Of a stretch of DNA of 51,091 nucleotides, positions 48,779-51,091 are shown piece by piece. Source of the stretch: Elusimicrobiota bacterium (GTDB lineage: Bacteria; CG03; SLGR01; JBDRKX01); the NCBI GenBank assembly GCA_043813605.1, contig JBDRKX010000044.1:1-51091 (forward strand). Direction: 5' to 3'. A model generated the notes under the pieces. It did no database searches. It had not been told where the DNA came from and worked only from the letters and a program-made list of their open reading frames with translations. The first letter of the stretch is position 1; each line of letters opens with the position of its first letter. Made by a program: the position numbers and the translations under genes.

Positions 48779-49731
48779 TCTATATCTCCTTTTCTTGAAA
48801 TCCTCCATTTATTCCTGAAATTCATCCATACATCCATTATTCCGAAAATAATAAACAGATACATCCCCCTGAGAAATATCAGAAGAAATACCATTACGGC
48901 AGACCTGAAAAAAAACGATATTCTCCATCTTGCCATAAAAAAAGCCACCACTCCCAGTCCGGAAAGAAAATAGCCGCCTAAAATCACCACTCCCGTGTTG
49001 GAAGCGAGCAGCACTGCCATGTTGTTTTCTGTATAATTACGACCCGCCATAAATAGAATAAGTGCAGCTATCATCACCCAGACATAACTCTCGGGAAGCC
49101 TGAACAAAATAATCGGAGGCAATCCGGGAACAGGCAGATATCTCGAAGCAGCATAATAAACTATCCATGAACCGGCAATACCTGTGATGAACATCCAGCC
49201 TACAGCACTCCTGGAAATAAAACCTATCATTGAAGAAAATGCTTTTCCCATATGTTCTATCTGCGAATACGGCAGGCCAAAATCATAATACTTACCTATA
49301 CTTACTGCGCCGGTTATCTTTGTGAGTTTTATTATCTGTTCAAGCAAGTTTACCTCAAGAAAAATCCGGTTATACCCGACCCATACCATAACGATGGAAC
49401 ACCATAGAACAGAAGATAAGAGTATCACCGTATAAGGCCTTTTCCCTTTTATCAGCATAAAAGAAAAAACAATTGTATATACCAAAAAAAGAAAAACATA
49501 AGTTCCGGAAAAATTCCAGCCTATAGCAAACACAGATGCCGCCGAAACCGTAAACCATACGATCAGCGCTGATATGTACTTTTTTTCAAAAAAAAGTATC
49601 AGTTGAGGTACTATTGACAGGAAAAGCAGCAATATGCCTGCTGCCGGTACGAACTGTGCCGATAAAACAAGCATAAGCGAAACCGCTGACAGCTTCAGCA
49701 GTCTTCTTCTATGATCCGCATATTGATCCAT
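48775..49731 (-). CDS. DUF2232/YybS family membrane protein
   Basis: Multi-TM, F.LP...W, GL.V..F, G.MDVW.NFR end; conserved position between rpsR and rplI. Confidence 0.85.
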   Translation of the reverse strand: MDQYADHRRRLLKLSAVSLMLVLSAQFVPAAGILLLFLSIVPQLILFFEKKYISALIVWFTVSAASVFAIGWNFSGTYVFLFLVYTIVFSFMLIKGKRPYTVILLSSVLWCSIVMVWVGYNRIFLEVNLLEQIIKLTKITGAVSIGKYYDFGLPYSQIEHMGKAFSSMIGFISRSAVGWMFITGIAGSWIVYYAASRYLPVPGLPPIILFRLPESYVWVMIAALILFMAGRNYTENNMAVLLASNTGVVILGGYFLSGLGVVAFFMARWRISFFFRSAVMVFLLIFLRGMYLFIIFGIMDVWMNFRNKWRISRKGDIE

Positions 49732-49742
49732 CTGATATTATA

Positions 49743-49961
49743 TCAATAGACAAACGGTAAGAAGGCCAGATTTCTGGATCTTTTTATTGCTTTTGCTATC
49801 TGCCTCTGGTGCTTTGCGCAGTTGCCTGTAAATATCCTCGGTACTATTTTGCCTCTGCGATTGATAAAAGTTTTCAGAAACTCGATATCCTTGTAATCAA
49901 TTTCTTTATCAGATCTGCATATCCTGCACGTTTTTTTAACGAATTTAAGGTTTTTTTCCAA
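49743..49961 (-). CDS. rpsR: 30S ribosomal protein S18
   Basis: CRIC...IDYKD...[18 protein letters not shown]...AIKR.R..A.LPF. Confidence 0.97.
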   Translation of the reverse strand: MEKNLKFVKKTCRICRSDKEIDYKDIEFLKTFINRRGKIVPRIFTGNCAKHQRQIAKAIKRSRNLAFLPFVY

Positions 49962-50013
49962 AATTACCTCCTGTTATCAGCCGGGATATTCCAGCCGTTA
50001 TTATTAAACTCCT

Positions 50014-50478
50014 TCAGAAAGGGATTTCCTCGTCATCAAGATCCGGGTTCGCACCGACTATTTCATCTTCAGCCGGTATACTTGTGTCCATATCCGTAAC
50101 AGCGGCGGCTTTATCTGCCCTTTCATTCTTAGCGGCGGATGCGCCTGCTGACAGGAACTGCACGTTCCTGGCTATGATTTCAAGTTTAGAACGCGGCTCA
50201 CCATTAGCATCTTCCCATTTATTCAGTGCCAGACGCCCTTCCACATAAACGCCTCTGCCTTTAGACAGGTATTTTTCACAGTTCTCAGCCTGGGTACCCC
50301 ACACGGATATAGGTATATAATCGGTATTTTTCACCTGTTTTCCCGTGTCCTTGTCCTTGTACACACGGTTAACGGCCAGATTAAGAGTGGTGACCGCTCT
50401 TCCCTGCGGGGTATATCTTAATTCAGGATCTCTGGTAAGATTACCCATAAGAATAACTACATTAGCACTTGCTGACAT
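50014..50478 (-). CDS. ssb: Single-stranded DNA-binding protein
   Basis: GNLTRDPELRYTP, LAVNR, VEGRL, acidic DDEEIPF tail. Confidence 0.98.
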   Translation of the reverse strand: MSASANVVILMGNLTRDPELRYTPQGRAVTTLNLAVNRVYKDKDTGKQVKNTDYIPISVWGTQAENCEKYLSKGRGVYVEGRLALNKWEDANGEPRSKLEIIARNVQFLSAGASAAKNERADKAAAVTDMDTSIPAEDEIVGANPDLDDEEIPF

Positions 50479-50490
50479 GATTGCGCCTCC

Positions 50491-50781
50491 TTATGCTTCT
50501 TCTTTGACAATTATATTCCTGATGTATCTGTTGCTGTTTATACGGTAATGTCTTTTAAAACCGTCTATCTTTTCAGGTGGCGAATCGAATTTAATCAGAT
50601 AATAATACGCTCGTTCATGGCCTTTTACAATATAAGCCATCTTCCTTTCACCCATCTGCTCACTTGAGACAATATTACCACCGGCTTCTCTTATGAGTTC
50701 TTCCACTTCTCTGATACTTTGTGATTGTTCCTCTTCTGATAATACAGCAGGAACTGCAAATACAGTTTCATAGGCAGGCAT
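50491..50781 (-). CDS. rpsF: 30S ribosomal protein S6
   Basis: YET.F...., G.RKMAY.V....A.YYL..F; first gene of rpsF-ssb-rpsR. Confidence 0.95.
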   Translation of the reverse strand: MPAYETVFAVPAVLSEEEQSQSIREVEELIREAGGNIVSSEQMGERKMAYIVKGHERAYYYLIKFDSPPEKIDGFKRHYRINSNRYIRNIIVKEEA

Positions 50782-50785
50782 ATAT

Positions 50786-50850
50786 CCTCCTTCCTGGTCC
50801 TATATCCTATCCCTTAATAGGGCTCTTACTCCTATAGCAAGAGCAAAGGA
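50786..50850 (-). ncRNA. S6:S18 ribosomal protein leader (rpsF 5' UTR)
   Basis: Minus strand TCCTTTGCTC...GAGCCC...GACCAGGAAGGAGG: a 9-bp inner stem, a CCC motif and a 5' TCCTT that can pair with the SD, as in known rpsF leaders. Confidence 0.65.
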
Positions 50851-50975
50851 TCGATTGCTGATGAGTATACAAAAAAATGTTTTTTTACGCAACCCGGCGA
50901 ATCAAATCATCTAAAATGTAACCCGAAGGGCATTCGTCGACTCATTTGAAAATGTACCCCATGGAGGGTCGCATT

Positions 50976-51091
50976 ATGAAGTTACAATTTAGAATGAACT
51001 ATTTGAACAAAATTTATCACAGATATCACAAAGCATTGCGAGATGAAAAAACGCAAATTCTCAATGAGTTCTGTAAGGTCTGCTCATATAA
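50976..51091 (+). mobile_element. 5' end of an ISNCY-type (integrase-core) transposase, running off the window
   Basis: MKLQFRMNYLNKIYHRYHKALRDEKTQILNEFCKVCSY matches the Y.....RY.KA...EK..IL.EFC....Y N-terminus of these transposases; GGAGG RBS at 50963-50967. Confidence 0.7.

Noticed and set aside
48779..48808. N-terminal extension of L9 in the ORF track
   Set aside because: L9 starts at MKVIL, whose ATG overlaps the upstream stop codon.
14538..50548. Numerous short antisense or overlapping ORFs in the ORF track (e.g. 27513-28082, 32938-33588, 47750-48232)
   Set aside because: They are shadows of well-supported genes on the opposite strand or in other frames, with no motifs of their own.

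Overview
Bacterial chromosomal window from a diderm, probably anaerobic organism. Its PorV-like and FlgD-Ig/T9SS-type proteins, MlaFED, and the rpsF-ssb-rpsR-DUF2232-rplI-dnaB-alr and radA-PIN/TRAM-ispD-ispF-cysS gene orders would fit Elusimicrobiota (inference). Positions 1-14.2 kb are an accessory mosaic. It holds a structured 180-bp element with 19-bp inverted repeats, an AbiEi/AbiEii type IV toxin-antitoxin pair with two clear operator palindromes, and a three-gene surface module (secreted tail-collar/HxH protein, repeat-rich T9SS-type protein, PorV-TPR). It also holds a plus-strand run of small genes with three copies of a fixed-spacing bipartite repeat, and a phage-type replication initiator with internal iterons. 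This mosaic ends at a tRNA-Lys(CTT) broken just after its anticodon loop. The rest is mostly core genome: tRNA-Arg, an aminotransferase, hisHF, and a six-gene rnfCDGEAB-like operon in which most subunits have lost their canonical cofactor motifs, followed by a Gx-transporter/Maf fusion. Then come a purine-catabolism-like cluster (deaminase, SsnA, YgeY-like, two knotted transcarbamylases, carbamate kinase, a PLP enzyme) with argF, tRNA-Leu with two 140-bp downstream tandem repeats, a frameshifted cysS, housekeeping genes, an S6:S18 leader, and the start of an ISNCY-type transposase. All protein calls are from motif recognition by eye; no searches were run.
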